DNA of 64,000 nt from Acidobacteriota bacterium (lineage in GTDB: Bacteria; Acidobacteriota; UBA6911; JACQSX01), in contig DASXQR010000152.1 of assembly GCA_036507075.1 (NCBI GenBank), positions 1 through 64,000 of the forward strand, in the 5' to 3' direction. The notes below the pieces were generated by a model, which had not been told where the DNA came from, did not search any database, and saw only the letters and a program-made list of their open reading frames with translations. The position numbers were made by a program, and so were the translations under genes. Position 1 is the stretch's first letter, and each line of letters starts with the position of its first letter. Positions 1 through 10,551 of the stretch are shown here, piece after piece.

Positions 1-137
1 ACAATTTTGCAAATCTTGAGCGTGAGCATTTTCGAAAAAATCCCGCTCAATCAAACACTTACGGAATCAGATTTCAAATTTGAGGAATCGACCCTTTGTA
101 AACAATTCTCTCTATTCAACTTTTAACCGGACAGTAG

Positions 138-200
138 TGACAACGGATAACGGATAACTGACAACGGACCACTGACTACTGACAACTGACCACGGACAGC
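138..200. repeat. Heptamer tandem array (ACAACGG/ACCACTG type)
   Basis: acaacgg-ataacgg-ataactg-acaacgg-accactg-actactg-acaactg-accacgg; the same family, with the same 'accacggacagcttt' end, occurs at ~38670-38715. Confidence 0.8.
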
Positions 201-210
201 TTTTCGAAAT

Positions 211-582
211 ATGATCCATTCCATCGGGGTTGACGTCATTGAAATCAAGCGCATCGAGCAGAGCCTGCGACGGTTCGGCTCCCGATTTCGCAAGCGTGTC
301 TTTACCGAAAATGAGTGCCGCTATTGCGAGAATTTTACCGAGTCTCACATCCATTTTGCCGCGCGTTTTGCCGCCAAAGAAGCGATGATGAAGGCCCTCG
401 GAACAGGCTGGGGGGAGGGCGTGGACTGGAAGCAGATCGAAGTGATCTCGGGTCAGGGAAAACCGCCGCGCCTGCGACTCAGCGGCCGAGCCGGAGAATT
501 ATGCGGCGACTCGCGAATTCATCTCTCGCTGACCCATTCCCACACCATCGCGGCAGCCGTGGTCGTGCTCGAAGAAGTTTGA
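211..582 (+). CDS. acpS: Holo-[acyl-carrier-protein] synthase
   Basis: IGVDVIE, FAARFAAKEAMMKALGTG and HLSLTH motifs; 123 aa. Confidence 0.95.
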   Translation: MIHSIGVDVIEIKRIEQSLRRFGSRFRKRVFTENECRYCENFTESHIHFAARFAAKEAMMKALGTGWGEGVDWKQIEVISGQGKPPRLRLSGRAGELCGDSRIHLSLTHSHTIAAAVVVLEEV

Positions 583-646
583 TTTGTGCCCTTTGTGCCT
601 TTGTGGTGCAATTCGAATCCACCACAAAGACACAAAGGACACAAAG
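583..646. repeat. REP-like inverted repeat pair (CACCACAAAGACACAAAG family)
   Basis: ctttgtgcctttgtggtg followed by caccacaaagacacaaagg between convergent genes; other copies at ~2724-2783, 14496-14546, 33217-33295, 55120-55166, 62134-62284. Confidence 0.85.
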
Positions 647-647
647 A

Positions 648-2051
648 TCAGCACGCGCCGTAGAGCACTTCCCCGCGGCGCTCGATTCTGACATCCACAA
701 ATTCGTTTACTTGTGCCACTTCGACCGGAACTTTCACCTTCAAATAATTACCGGTCAGCCCGGTCCAGTATTCCGCTTCTCTTTCATGCAGGATTAATGC
801 TCGAAGGCGTGTCCCCACGAAACGATCGGAAAAGGCGCGCAATTTTTCATCGGAACAGCGGCGCAGCGCAGTCACGCGCCGGTGCTTCAGGCTTTCATCC
901 ACTTGACTTGCCATATCGGCCGCCGGCGTGCCGCTGCGACGCGAGTACGGAAAAACGTGCAGGTAAGAGAAAGGCATCTGCCTTACAAACTGGAGCGTCT
1001 CTTCAAACAGCGCTTCGCTTTCCCCGGGGAAACCGGCCATCACGTCCGTCCCGATTGAGGCATGGGGCAAGCGGTTGTGGATTTCGGTGAGTAGATCGGC
1101 GTAATGCCGTCGATCGTAGTTTCGATCCATCCTTCGCAGGATTTCATTCGCGCCGCTTTGCAGCGGAAGATGGAAGTGAGGGGCGAATCGACTCTCCTGC
1201 TCGGCCAGATCGATTAACTTCCTGGAAAAGCGCATCGGCTCGATCGAGCTGAGCCGCAATTGCTCGAGACGCGGAAGGTCCAGCAGCCGCGCGATCAGAT
1301 CTTCCAAACGTGTTCGCGGGTGAAGCTTGCTGCCGTAGCTTCCCAGGTGTATGCCGGTCAGGACCACTTCCTTATAACCATCGTCGATCAGCCTGCGCAC
1401 CTGTGAAATTACCGACTCAGGGGGCACGCTCCTGCCGGCGCCGCGAACAAAAGGAACGATGCAATAGGTACAGCGGGAATCGCACCCTTCCTGGATCTTC
1501 ACAAACGGGCGGGTCTTGCCTTCCAGAGTGGCGACCGGCTGCACTTCGATTTCAGTTTCACGCGACAGGTTGGAGACGAAAATTTTGGAGGAGTTGAAGT
1601 AGGAGGGAAGCTGCAGTGGTAGAGTGGGAGAGCGGGGGAGTGGGAGAGTGGGGGAGTGGACTCCAGCACTTTGCTCAATCTCACCACCGGCAACCCGGAA
1701 CTCGGAGCTGGCAAACTCCTTGACAAAGTCCGATATCCGGCTCTTCTCAAGATTGCCAAGAATCAGATCAACTTCCGGCATCGCCGCGATCTCTTTTGGA
1801 TTTCCTTGAGCGTAGCAACCCGTAACCAAGATCCGCGCCGCAGGATTCTGGCGACGCAGACGGCGTATCATCTGCCGCACCTGTTGGTCGCTTGAGTGCG
1901 TTACCGTGCAGGAATTTACAATGACGAACGAACAGTCGCTGATGTCTTCGCTCTGGCGCAATCCTTCGGTTTCAAGCTGTGCTTTGATGGCGGCGCTGTC
2001 GGCCTGATTGACGCGGCAACCGAACGTTGCAATGTAGAACTTCCCGGACAT
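648..2051 (-). CDS. mtaB: tRNA t6A37 methylthiotransferase (radical SAM)
   Basis: N-terminal TFGCRVNQADS, VNSCTVT, VTGCYAQ; radical SAM motif KIQEGCDSRCTYC; VVLTGIHLG; C-terminal TRAM-like region. Confidence 0.9.
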   Translation of the reverse strand: MSGKFYIATFGCRVNQADSAAIKAQLETEGLRQSEDISDCSFVIVNSCTVTHSSDQQVRQMIRRLRRQNPAARILVTGCYAQGNPKEIAAMPEVDLILGNLEKSRISDFVKEFASSEFRVAGGEIEQSAGVHSPTLPLPRSPTLPLQLPSYFNSSKIFVSNLSRETEIEVQPVATLEGKTRPFVKIQEGCDSRCTYCIVPFVRGAGRSVPPESVISQVRRLIDDGYKEVVLTGIHLGSYGSKLHPRTRLEDLIARLLDLPRLEQLRLSSIEPMRFSRKLIDLAEQESRFAPHFHLPLQSGANEILRRMDRNYDRRHYADLLTEIHNRLPHASIGTDVMAGFPGESEALFEETLQFVRQMPFSYLHVFPYSRRSGTPAADMASQVDESLKHRRVTALRRCSDEKLRAFSDRFVGTRLRALILHEREAEYWTGLTGNYLKVKVPVEVAQVNEFVDVRIERRGEVLYGAC

Positions 2052-2206
2052 GAAGCTATTTCAACATAAAAACCGGTTTTCAGGTTAACGAGTTACGAGT
2101 TACGAGTTCGCGAATTAACAGAATTCAAAATTGAAAATCAAAAGGGCTCGTAAAGTTTAAATTGTCAATTTCATTTTTTGAGTCCCAACTCGTAACTCCT
2201 AACCCG

Positions 2207-2710
2207 TCAACCCGAAAACCGGTGCCGTCCGAGTGCCCGGTTTTCTACCCGTATGCGCAGCGACAGCATCCAGGCATTCAGCAAAGTGAAAAGAACCGCA
2301 GTCACCCACAGACCAAACAGCGCCGGGATGCAAAAAATCTCGAGCACCACCGCGGCATAGTTAGGATGCGGAAACAACCGGTATATGCCGCGACGCACCG
2401 GAGCGGCTCCGGGCAGGATCCAGACGCGCGTGTTCCAGAAATTCCCCAACGCCCAGATGGCCGAATAGCGCAGCGCCTGTGCGAGGATGATGGGAACCCA
2501 GAAGGCGGGAAATATCCGGACCGGTCGAGCCAGATGCTCCAGCAGCATGGAGAGCAGAAACCCGAGATGCAGCGCCACCATCCAGGGATAGTGTTCGCGC
2601 CCATACTCCTGACCTCCCTGCGCGCGCATCCAGGCCGTGTGCCTCTTGCTCAACCCCAGCTCGACAACCCGCTGCACGATGATGACACCCAGCACCAGCC
2701 AGAAAGTCAT
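2207..2710 (-). CDS. Isoprenylcysteine carboxyl methyltransferase (ICMT/BpsB-like) membrane protein
   Basis: QRVVEL, HYPWMVALH, LGNFWNTRV, GIYRLFPHPNY, RIRVEN motifs; start set to ATG 2710. Confidence 0.8.
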   Translation of the reverse strand: MTFWLVLGVIIVQRVVELGLSKRHTAWMRAQGGQEYGREHYPWMVALHLGFLLSMLLEHLARPVRIFPAFWVPIILAQALRYSAIWALGNFWNTRVWILPGAAPVRRGIYRLFPHPNYAAVVLEIFCIPALFGLWVTAVLFTLLNAWMLSLRIRVENRALGRHRFSG

Positions 2711-2806
2711 TTCGACAATAATCACCACCAAGACACAAAGAACACAAAGGATTTACCTTCGTGCCCTTTGTGCCTTCGTGGTGAATTATTTCTACGTTCT
2801 AAGCCA

Positions 2807-5800
2807 TCACCAGGTCACTCTCAACGCCAACTGGATCACGCGGCCGGCCTCGCCTGTCTGGATGATCGTCTGCGTGGTCGGGGGCGCCACCGTCTGGCAG
2901 CAGGTTTGGGCAAATACAGTGGATCGAAAACTGGGTGAGCCCACCGAAGCGTCGCGCGGGTTGTCGAAATTAGGATGGTTCAGCGCGTTGAACATCTCGG
3001 TACGGAACTTCAACTTCACCGTCTCGGTGATGTCGAACTCCTTTCCGATCCCGAAATCAAGGTTCCAGTAACCGGGCGCTTCGAACGTATTTCTTCCCAT
3101 ACCATTGGTACCGGGCGCGGGAATGGCAAACGCGCTGTTGTCTTTGAATACAACCGGTCCCACCACATTCGGAATCTCCTGCAATTTGACCTCCGGCGGG
3201 GATCCCGGGTTCTTCAGCGCGGCTCGCGATTCGTGCGAGTTATTCGACGTCCGCACTCCGCTGCGCACGCTGAAAGGCTCACCCGACATGGCCGTGTAAA
3301 TGCCGTTGACGCTCCAACCGCCGACGAAGGCGTTGGTGAAGCCGTTCGTGTTTCCTCCAAAGCGCCGGCCGCGGCCAAAAGGCAACTCCCAGATGGAGTT
3401 CACGCTCAGCACGTGCCTGCGATCGAAATCGGACCGCCCGCGCTCTTCGCGCCAATTGCGGATATCGGTCGGCGTGCGCGAATTAGTCGTCGACAGCCCG
3501 CCGCCGGAGGAAGCGCCGATGGGATCGACCGACTGGTCATCGATTGATTTGGCGTAGGTGTATGCCAGGCCCATCAGGAATCCCTGCTCAAAGCGCTTGC
3601 GCAGCGTAAACTGCCCGCTGTGGTAATAAGAATCGCCGCCGGCGTCAATATAGGTAATCACGGCGAACTGCTGGTTGGGGCGAAGTTTTGCCGCCAGAGT
3701 GGTCTGCTCGATTCTGCCGGCAAACATTCCCGCCGCATTGAGCGCCAAATCACCCACCACGCTGGATTGATTCACAAACGCGGGCGTGACGACACCTGAC
3801 GTGACGATCGGGATCGCTGAGCCGGTCGCCCCGGCGGGGCAATTTGATCCATCCGGGCGGCAACCCTTGTCCACATTCTGCTTCATCAGCAGGAACGAAG
3901 GGAGGATCGCGTCGGCGTTGATTTGATTGACGTCATAGGCGCGCAGCAGATGAGTTCCTCGCCTGGCAACATAGCCTACCTGCGCCACCAATCCAAATGG
4001 CAGCTCCCGTTGGACGCTCAGGTTCCACTGGTGGACGGCAGGGTTTTTGAGCTTCGGTTCAAACAGCGCCAGAGCGGGAGCATTGTTGAGCGTCTGCAGG
4101 GCAGGAGTGAAAAAACTCGAAGGTTTAACCGTGGGTGGCTGCAGCTCGTAGGGGAATCCCTGGCCGATGCGAATGTCGGGCACCGGCGAGCATCCGGGAG
4201 TGGTCACCACGGTCCCACCGGCTGCGGACGGCAGCGTAGACGAGCAAAATGTCACCAGTCCCGGGACTTTCCCAGCCACCGCAGTAACCTGGAAGGAAGA
4301 CAGCGGATCGAATGCGAGCCCGTACCCCGTGCGGATCACGGTCTTGCTGTTAGGACTCCACGCAATTCCCAGCCGCGGCCCGATGTCGTGATTGGTGGTG
4401 TCAAACCAGCGGTCGGACTTCCGGAATGTCACCTGATTGCCCAGAATCGATTTGTCGGGAATATACACGCGGCCGCCCGATTCGCCTGGCGGCGTGTTCA
4501 TTTCGTAGCGCACGCCGTAGTTGAGTGTCAGATTGGGACGAATCTTCCATTCGTCCTGAAAATAAAAGTTGTACTGCTTCAGGCGATGACCTTCCGCCCA
4601 TAACGTCACCGTGTCTCCGGATCTGAAAGGAAGGAAAAAATCCCCGGAAATGTTCCCTAAGAAGTTTTGCGAAAGCCTAGCGGGAATTCCGAGCAGGTCG
4701 TTTATCGAGCCCAGCAGTCGGGTGTTATCCGTACTGTTGATGCCGGCCGCTGTGCTGGTCGCCACGGGAGGCGTGCCGAACGCCGAAGACGGCGGCCTTG
4801 TTGTCGCACTGAACGAAAGCGAGGGCGTTACGTTGATCCCGCCCGGCTGCCCGCGCTGGTCATTGTGCTGGTAGAGCCTGATGTTTAGACCCATGCGGTA
4901 AACGTGCGCGCCCTTGACGATGCTCAAGTTGTCGATGAACTGAGGTGTTGTCACAGCGCGGTAGGTTCGCGGCGTGTTGATATAAGGCAGCGAGGCGTTG
5001 GCAAAAGTGAACGGCACAACATTGGGGAAGGCGGGATTGGCTTCTCCCTGCGAAAAAAGAAACACGAATCGGGCAAAACCGGCGGTGAATTCGTTGATGA
5101 TTCGAGGGGATAATACGGAGCGATAACTGACCGCCACGTTGGTGGTGTTGCGGAAGACTTCCCCCAATGGGGGGAATCCGGGAAATACCTGGGGCCGGCC
5201 GTTAAGAGGATCGCCTTCGCGCGTGTTGTAGTGGGAGAACAACCAGCGCGCAAACACGCTGTTGCGTTCGCTGAAATTGTGATCCACACGTGCCATCAGA
5301 TGCGGTCCCTCAAAACGTGTTGGGGGATTCCACAGATAGCTTGCGGTATTCAGTCCGTCTCCGAACGCGTACGAATTGGGAGCCGGATAAGACTTAAAGA
5401 GCTTCGCTATCACCGGATCGATTCCGATCTTCTGCGGGTCGTTGCCGAAAATGTTGTAGCTGGCGATGCAGTTCGTGTCAGCCGGCCCGCCGCAGTTGCG
5501 AATATTCGGCAGCAATGCCCCGGTGTTGCGGTCCACCAGTTGCGGTGTATTTCGATCTACGACCTGGCCGTTCGGCAACCGGAACGGATTCTTCGGGTCT
5601 GCAACAAAGTAGCGGAAAATACCCGCGAGAGCAGTGGGCGTGTACAGGGTGGGCGTGCCGAAAGTTTGATCGATCGGCTGCGCGAATTTGATGTTCTGTC
5701 CCTGCCAGCTTCCAAAGAAGAATGTCTTGTTCTGGCGAATGGGACCGCCGATTTCAAATCCGTACTGGTCGAGCCGCAGAGGGGGCTTCGGATTGCCCTG

Positions 5801-6688
5801 CGCGTTGGCAAACCAGTCGGCGGCGTTTAATTTGGTGCGGCGGGCAAACTCGAATGCGGTGCCGTGAAACTTGTTGGTTCCGCTGCGCGTGGCAATTGAA
5901 ACGCTCGCGCCGCTGTTGCGTCCCTCCTCCGGGGTGGCGTTGTTGGTGGTGACTTTGTACTCGCGAACGTTGTCCGGGTTGAGCCGGTACAAATTGCTCA
6001 CTGGATTGGGTACCGAGTTCTCATTGGCCTCGATGCCGTCAATCGTGACATTGAAGGCCCGATCCCGGGAACCGTTGACATGAACTCCCGAACCGGCGGC
6101 TCCAGCGGAACGCTGCACCACGCCGGGTTCCAGAGTAATGAGGCTGAGCGGATTCCGGCCGTTGAGCGGCAATTCCTGAATCGCCTTCTGCTCGACCACA
6201 TTGCCGATGGTGGCGTTGGTCGATTGAAGTCTTTCGTATCCACCTTCCACGTTTACTACCTGCGACATTTCTCCCACTTCGAGAATAATGTCGACGGTCA
6301 GCGGCGTGTTGACTTCCAGCACATTGCCGGTCTTGTTTATTTTCTTGAATCCTGAGAGTTCAGCCGTGATCGAATATTTTCCGGCGGGCAAATCCGGAAA
6401 GGCAAACAGGCCGGCATCGGTTGTGAGTTGTGTGTACGCCACGCCGGTGGCCTCGTTTGTGGCCGTTACCGTGACGCCGGGGACAACACCGCCGGATGCG
6501 TCCTTGACCGTGCCGTTGATGCGCGAGCTTCCAGTCTGCGCCCAGACTGCCGGCACTGCGAGAATCATCACCAGGCAGGCAGCGCGCAGCCGGATGAGTG
6601 AACGCAGAGCGACGGACCCGGATATCAGTTTCGCTGCTTGGAAAAATTTAGAATTGGTTCCTGCGACGGATTTCAAAAATACAACCAT
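2807..6688 (-). CDS. TonB-dependent receptor with carboxypeptidase-regulatory-like N-terminal domain
   Basis: GTVKDASGGVVPG, LPLNGRN, TRSGTNKFHG, YFQDEWK, PRLGIAW, FNALNHPNF, C-terminal QLALRVTW; AGGGGAGG RBS before ATG 6688. Confidence 0.92.
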   Translation of the reverse strand: MVVFLKSVAGTNSKFFQAAKLISGSVALRSLIRLRAACLVMILAVPAVWAQTGSSRINGTVKDASGGVVPGVTVTATNEATGVAYTQLTTDAGLFAFPDLPAGKYSITAELSGFKKINKTGNVLEVNTPLTVDIILEVGEMSQVVNVEGGYERLQSTNATIGNVVEQKAIQELPLNGRNPLSLITLEPGVVQRSAGAAGSGVHVNGSRDRAFNVTIDGIEANENSVPNPVSNLYRLNPDNVREYKVTTNNATPEEGRNSGASVSIATRSGTNKFHGTAFEFARRTKLNAADWFANAQGNPKPPLRLDQYGFEIGGPIRQNKTFFFGSWQGQNIKFAQPIDQTFGTPTLYTPTALAGIFRYFVADPKNPFRLPNGQVVDRNTPQLVDRNTGALLPNIRNCGGPADTNCIASYNIFGNDPQKIGIDPVIAKLFKSYPAPNSYAFGDGLNTASYLWNPPTRFEGPHLMARVDHNFSERNSVFARWLFSHYNTREGDPLNGRPQVFPGFPPLGEVFRNTTNVAVSYRSVLSPRIINEFTAGFARFVFLFSQGEANPAFPNVVPFTFANASLPYINTPRTYRAVTTPQFIDNLSIVKGAHVYRMGLNIRLYQHNDQRGQPGGINVTPSLSFSATTRPPSSAFGTPPVATSTAAGINSTDNTRLLGSINDLLGIPARLSQNFLGNISGDFFLPFRSGDTVTLWAEGHRLKQYNFYFQDEWKIRPNLTLNYGVRYEMNTPPGESGGRVYIPDKSILGNQVTFRKSDRWFDTTNHDIGPRLGIAWSPNSKTVIRTGYGLAFDPLSSFQVTAVAGKVPGLVTFCSSTLPSAAGGTVVTTPGCSPVPDIRIGQGFPYELQPPTVKPSSFFTPALQTLNNAPALALFEPKLKNPAVHQWNLSVQRELPFGLVAQVGYVARRGTHLLRAYDVNQINADAILPSFLLMKQNVDKGCRPDGSNCPAGATGSAIPIVTSGVVTPAFVNQSSVVGDLALNAAGMFAGRIEQTTLAAKLRPNQQFAVITYIDAGGDSYYHSGQFTLRKRFEQGFLMGLAYTYAKSIDDQSVDPIGASSGGGLSTTNSRTPTDIRNWREERGRSDFDRRHVLSVNSIWELPFGRGRRFGGNTNGFTNAFVGGWSVNGIYTAMSGEPFSVRSGVRTSNNSHESRAALKNPGSPPEVKLQEIPNVVGPVVFKDNSAFAIPAPGTNGMGRNTFEAPGYWNLDFGIGKEFDITETVKLKFRTEMFNALNHPNFDNPRDASVGSPSFRSTVFAQTCCQTVAPPTTQTIIQTGEAGRVIQLALRVTW

Positions 6689-6810
6689 GACGCCTCCCCT
6701 TCTCCCGGCGGCTGCCGGCAGTGAGTCTGAGTTTACGACCGTGTCTTCCAAAAAATCAACGCGCCCTGGTTTTTTGTAGCAGTTCCCATCTCCACCAGCG
6801 TCAGTACCGC

Positions 6811-6965
6811 GTGAGAAAAATTTGAACCGCCAAGAACGCGAAGAACGCTAAGAATTTCTTTTTCAGTCCGGCAGTTCAAATGTTCTGAACCGTACACGTG
6901 ACACTTCTTCAGAACTTTCAATTGATGGGCTTAGCGTCCTTGGCGTTCTTCGCGGTTCAAGCTTT
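6811..6965. repeat. REPIN-like element: AACCGCCAAGAACGC arms around a conserved core
   Basis: Inverted arms; internal ttctttttcagtccggc and ttcttcagaactttcaattg recur reverse-complemented at 19681-19856. Confidence 0.8.
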
Positions 6966-7202
6966 CCAACCCGTGGAGCCGGCGAAAAGAATGGTGGCGG
7001 GGCGCGTGACGGCTCTTCAGTTTTTTGAATCTCTAATTCAAAGTATTGGAGACGTCTTGGCTGTTCATTGCCATTATCTTATTATAAACAAAGCATTTTA
7101 ATGGACAAAGTCGATTGGACTTCGATTTGCTTAGAAAGACGGGTTGTGAACCTTGGCAGATCTGAACGCTGAGCAGGGGAGAAATGGGTTTAGGAGAAAA
7201 AA

Positions 7203-10200
7203 ATGAAGAGAAAAGTGCGAAAGTTTAGAAGCGCCATTAATTGTGCGGTCGTCCTGATGCTGGCCGTGTCAGCATTCACGGGCCTCAGCAATTTGACGTT
7301 TGGGCAAGGCCAGGTGACCGGTACCATCAGCGGAATTGTGCAGGATCCTTCAGGCGCCGTAATTCCCGGCGCAACAGTTACTGCGCTGAACACGGCCACC
7401 AATTTCAAGAAGCAAGCTCTCAGCAGCGACGAGGGGTATTACCGCCTCGATCTGCTGCCGGTGGGAGTCTATGAGGTTTCCGCCGAAGTGCCTGGTTTTA
7501 AGAAGGCCCTGACCGGCGGCGTGCGTCTGGGAGTGAATGATTTTTTGAAAGTAGACTTCAAACTGGAAACCGGCGAAGTCACCGAAACCGTTACGGTCGT
7601 TTCCAAACAGACGGAAGTAAACACAGAGAGCTCCACGCTCGGCAGAACCGTGACTAATCTGGCTGATCTCCCGTTGCTTTCCGGCCCCGGCGGGCGAAAT
7701 CCTTTGCTGCTGGCCACCACGCAGCCCGGAGTCGTGGCGGGCGGACAGGTCGGACCTTTCTCTGTCAACGGACAACGCGCCCAGGCGAATAACTACATGC
7801 TGGACGGCGGCGACAGCAATGATCTGGCAATCAATGTTCCCGACGCATTGACTGGCTTCAGCCCCGACGCGCTGCAGGAATTCAAGATCCTTACCAGCGC
7901 CTACGCCGCGGAATATGGGCGCAATTCGGGTTCGATTGTCAATGTTTTGAGTAAATCGGGTGCCAATAAGTTTCACGGAAACCTGTTTGAGTTCTTTCGC
8001 AACCGCGTGTTGAACGCCACGCCATTTTTCAATAACTCCGCCCCCACCTTTGTGGGGCTTCGCAATCCCCAATTCAACGTGAACGAATTCGGAGGAACGA
8101 TTGGCGGTCCCATTGTGCGCGACAAAACGTTCCTCTTTTTCAGCTATCTCGGTTTCCGTCGGCGGCAGGGCGTTTCTCAGTCTGCCACGGTCCCCACCGA
8201 TGCCCAGCGCGATCTGATCAATCAATTCGGCACGCCTCTGGCCAAGACAGTCCTGACATTGATCCCGCGCGCCAGCACAGGCAATACGCTTTTTTCGTCT
8301 CCCAGCAACAGCCTGGATCGAAACCAGTTCTTCATTAAGGGCGATCACAATTTCACGGAGCGGAACCGGTTCTTTGTGTCGGCATTTACCGAGAAACAGG
8401 TCGCAGCCGATCCTTTCGCATTCGGAGGCGGCACCATTCCCGGATTCGGGACGACAGGAGATCTGCGATTTACCAACATCGTGCTGAATGACACACATGC
8501 ATTTGGTCCTAGAACGGTTAACGAAGCGCGCTTTTCATTCCATCGTCGCGGGACGCTCTCGGTAGTTCCGGTGAACCGCACCAAAATCAGCGGTTTGGGC
8601 ATCAACGGCATTGTTCCCGACGATCCAAATGCTGAAGGGCCTCCCAACTTCCAAATTGCCGGTTTTACCCAATTCGGCAACACCATCCAGGGGCCACAGG
8701 GACGTTACGACAATACCTTCCAGTACTCGGATAATTTCTCGCTCAGCCGGTCGAGACACTACTTGAAGTTCGGTTTTGACATTCGCACCTATGCGCAAAA
8801 CCAGGTGTTCGACTTCATAAATAACGGCCTGTACGTCATCAACGGCGGCGTTAGTTCGGCTGTGGGCAAGCCCAACATTCCCGGACTGCCGGCTGCTCTG
8901 GTGGATTTTGCCAATGGGGTTACCACCGCATTTATACAGAACAGCGCGGGAAGAAAAGGCTATCGAACACAATCCTACAACTTGTTTTTGCAGGATGATT
9001 TCAAGGTCAAGCCTTACTTTACGCTCAACATGGGTTTGCGCTATGAATTGAATACCAATCTCGTGGATCTCCGGGATCAGGTCGCCGGCTTCCGAGCCGG
9101 CCAAAAGTCGACCGTTTTTCCCACAGCGCCGCGCGGGCTGGTATTCCCGGGCGACACGGGCGTCTCCCGATCCACTTACGGGAATGACTATAACAATTTC
9201 GCCCCGCGCTTCGGATTTGCGTGGGACGTGCTGCGCAACGGGAAGATGAGCCTTCGCGGCGGTTACGGACTGTTCTATGACATCGTGATCTCGGAAACAA
9301 CCCTGCAGTTTCTGACCTCAGCCCCCTATGCCATCCAGCCGGCGGTGTTGTTTACCACGTTCAATAATCCGTATCCCAATTCCGCAGTGAATCCTTTGCC
9401 TCAGCCTTTTCCTTTTAAACCGGCAAAGCCGGGAGATCCGTTTGATTTCACAACGATTGCACCCGTCGGTTTGACTGTGATGGACCCGAACTTTCGTACT
9501 CCTTATGCGAATCAATTCCACTTGGGATTGCAGTACGAACTTCAAGGCTATACGCTGGAAGCCGGGTACGTCGGGTCGACGGGTGTCAAGCTGCTCACTC
9601 GTCGCCAAATCAATCCCGCGATTGTCACCTCCAATGCAAATTCCGGTAACGTCAACCTGCGTCGCATTCTGAATCAGAACAATCCTGAAAACGCGGCTTA
9701 TGGCGGAGCTGTTTTCGGAGGCATCACCAATCAGGAGGCTTCGTCTAACTCGAATTACCACAGTCTTCAGACCGTCGTTTCGAAACGCTTCGCCCATTCC
9801 AGTCTCCGAAGCGCTTATACCCTGGGCCGTTGTATTGACACAGCGTCGGGTCTCAGATCGACCGTCCGTTATAACGGTCAATCAGCCAATCGCGGCCTCT
9901 GCGAACAGGATGTGCGACATCGTTACGTCGCCAGCTATGTTTACGAATTGCCGTTTGGACGCAGCGCCAGCGGCTTCCTGGGGAAAATCATTGGCGGCTG
10001 GGCAATCAGCGGCATCACGGCATTTCAGAGCGGTTTTCCGTTTGACATCACCGAGACGGAAGATCGGGCGCTGCAAGGTTCGGGTGACAACCGCCCTGAC
10101 TGGAATGGTGGAAAAGTAACATTCGTGGACCCAAGGAACGTCGACTCGAGCAACGGAGGACCGAACAGATTCTTTAACGGGACCGGCGGCGGCACGCCAA

Positions 10201-10511
10201 CGGCTGGAACCAATCCTTATTTCAGCCGGGTGGGCTCGGGCCAGAGTGTCGCGCAAGGAGCCGGCAGGTTCGGCACGCTGGGACGCAATGTCTTTCATGG
10301 TCCCGGGATCAACAACACGGATATTTCTGTAGTCAAGAAGACTAGTATCCGTGAAGAGCACAACCTGGAATTCCGCTCCGAATTCTTCAATATTTTCAAT
10401 CACGCGCAGTTTCTGAATCCCAACGGCAGCATCAGCTCTGCTAACTTCGGCCGCATCACCGGCACGCAGAACCCGCGCTTGATTCAGTTCGCTTTAAAGT
10501 ACAACTTCTGA
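7203..10511 (+). CDS. TonB-dependent receptor
   Basis: Signal peptide, GIVQDPSGAVIPGA, SKSGANKFHG, FLQDDFK, APRFGFAW, C-terminal QFALKYNF; AGGAG RBS. Confidence 0.92.
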   Translation: MKRKVRKFRSAINCAVVLMLAVSAFTGLSNLTFGQGQVTGTISGIVQDPSGAVIPGATVTALNTATNFKKQALSSDEGYYRLDLLPVGVYEVSAEVPGFKKALTGGVRLGVNDFLKVDFKLETGEVTETVTVVSKQTEVNTESSTLGRTVTNLADLPLLSGPGGRNPLLLATTQPGVVAGGQVGPFSVNGQRAQANNYMLDGGDSNDLAINVPDALTGFSPDALQEFKILTSAYAAEYGRNSGSIVNVLSKSGANKFHGNLFEFFRNRVLNATPFFNNSAPTFVGLRNPQFNVNEFGGTIGGPIVRDKTFLFFSYLGFRRRQGVSQSATVPTDAQRDLINQFGTPLAKTVLTLIPRASTGNTLFSSPSNSLDRNQFFIKGDHNFTERNRFFVSAFTEKQVAADPFAFGGGTIPGFGTTGDLRFTNIVLNDTHAFGPRTVNEARFSFHRRGTLSVVPVNRTKISGLGINGIVPDDPNAEGPPNFQIAGFTQFGNTIQGPQGRYDNTFQYSDNFSLSRSRHYLKFGFDIRTYAQNQVFDFINNGLYVINGGVSSAVGKPNIPGLPAALVDFANGVTTAFIQNSAGRKGYRTQSYNLFLQDDFKVKPYFTLNMGLRYELNTNLVDLRDQVAGFRAGQKSTVFPTAPRGLVFPGDTGVSRSTYGNDYNNFAPRFGFAWDVLRNGKMSLRGGYGLFYDIVISETTLQFLTSAPYAIQPAVLFTTFNNPYPNSAVNPLPQPFPFKPAKPGDPFDFTTIAPVGLTVMDPNFRTPYANQFHLGLQYELQGYTLEAGYVGSTGVKLLTRRQINPAIVTSNANSGNVNLRRILNQNNPENAAYGGAVFGGITNQEASSNSNYHSLQTVVSKRFAHSSLRSAYTLGRCIDTASGLRSTVRYNGQSANRGLCEQDVRHRYVASYVYELPFGRSASGFLGKIIGGWAISGITAFQSGFPFDITETEDRALQGSGDNRPDWNGGKVTFVDPRNVDSSNGGPNRFFNGTGGGTPTAGTNPYFSRVGSGQSVAQGAGRFGTLGRNVFHGPGINNTDISVVKKTSIREEHNLEFRSEFFNIFNHAQFLNPNGSISSANFGRITGTQNPRLIQFALKYNF

Positions 10512-10518
10512 CATTCCG

Positions 10519-10551
10519 GGCCGGGGCCTGTCGCCTCGACACGCCCCGGCC
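10519..10551 (+). terminator. GC-rich hairpin downstream of TBDR (probable terminator)
   Basis: ggccggggc...gccccggcc stem, weak U tract. Confidence 0.45.
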
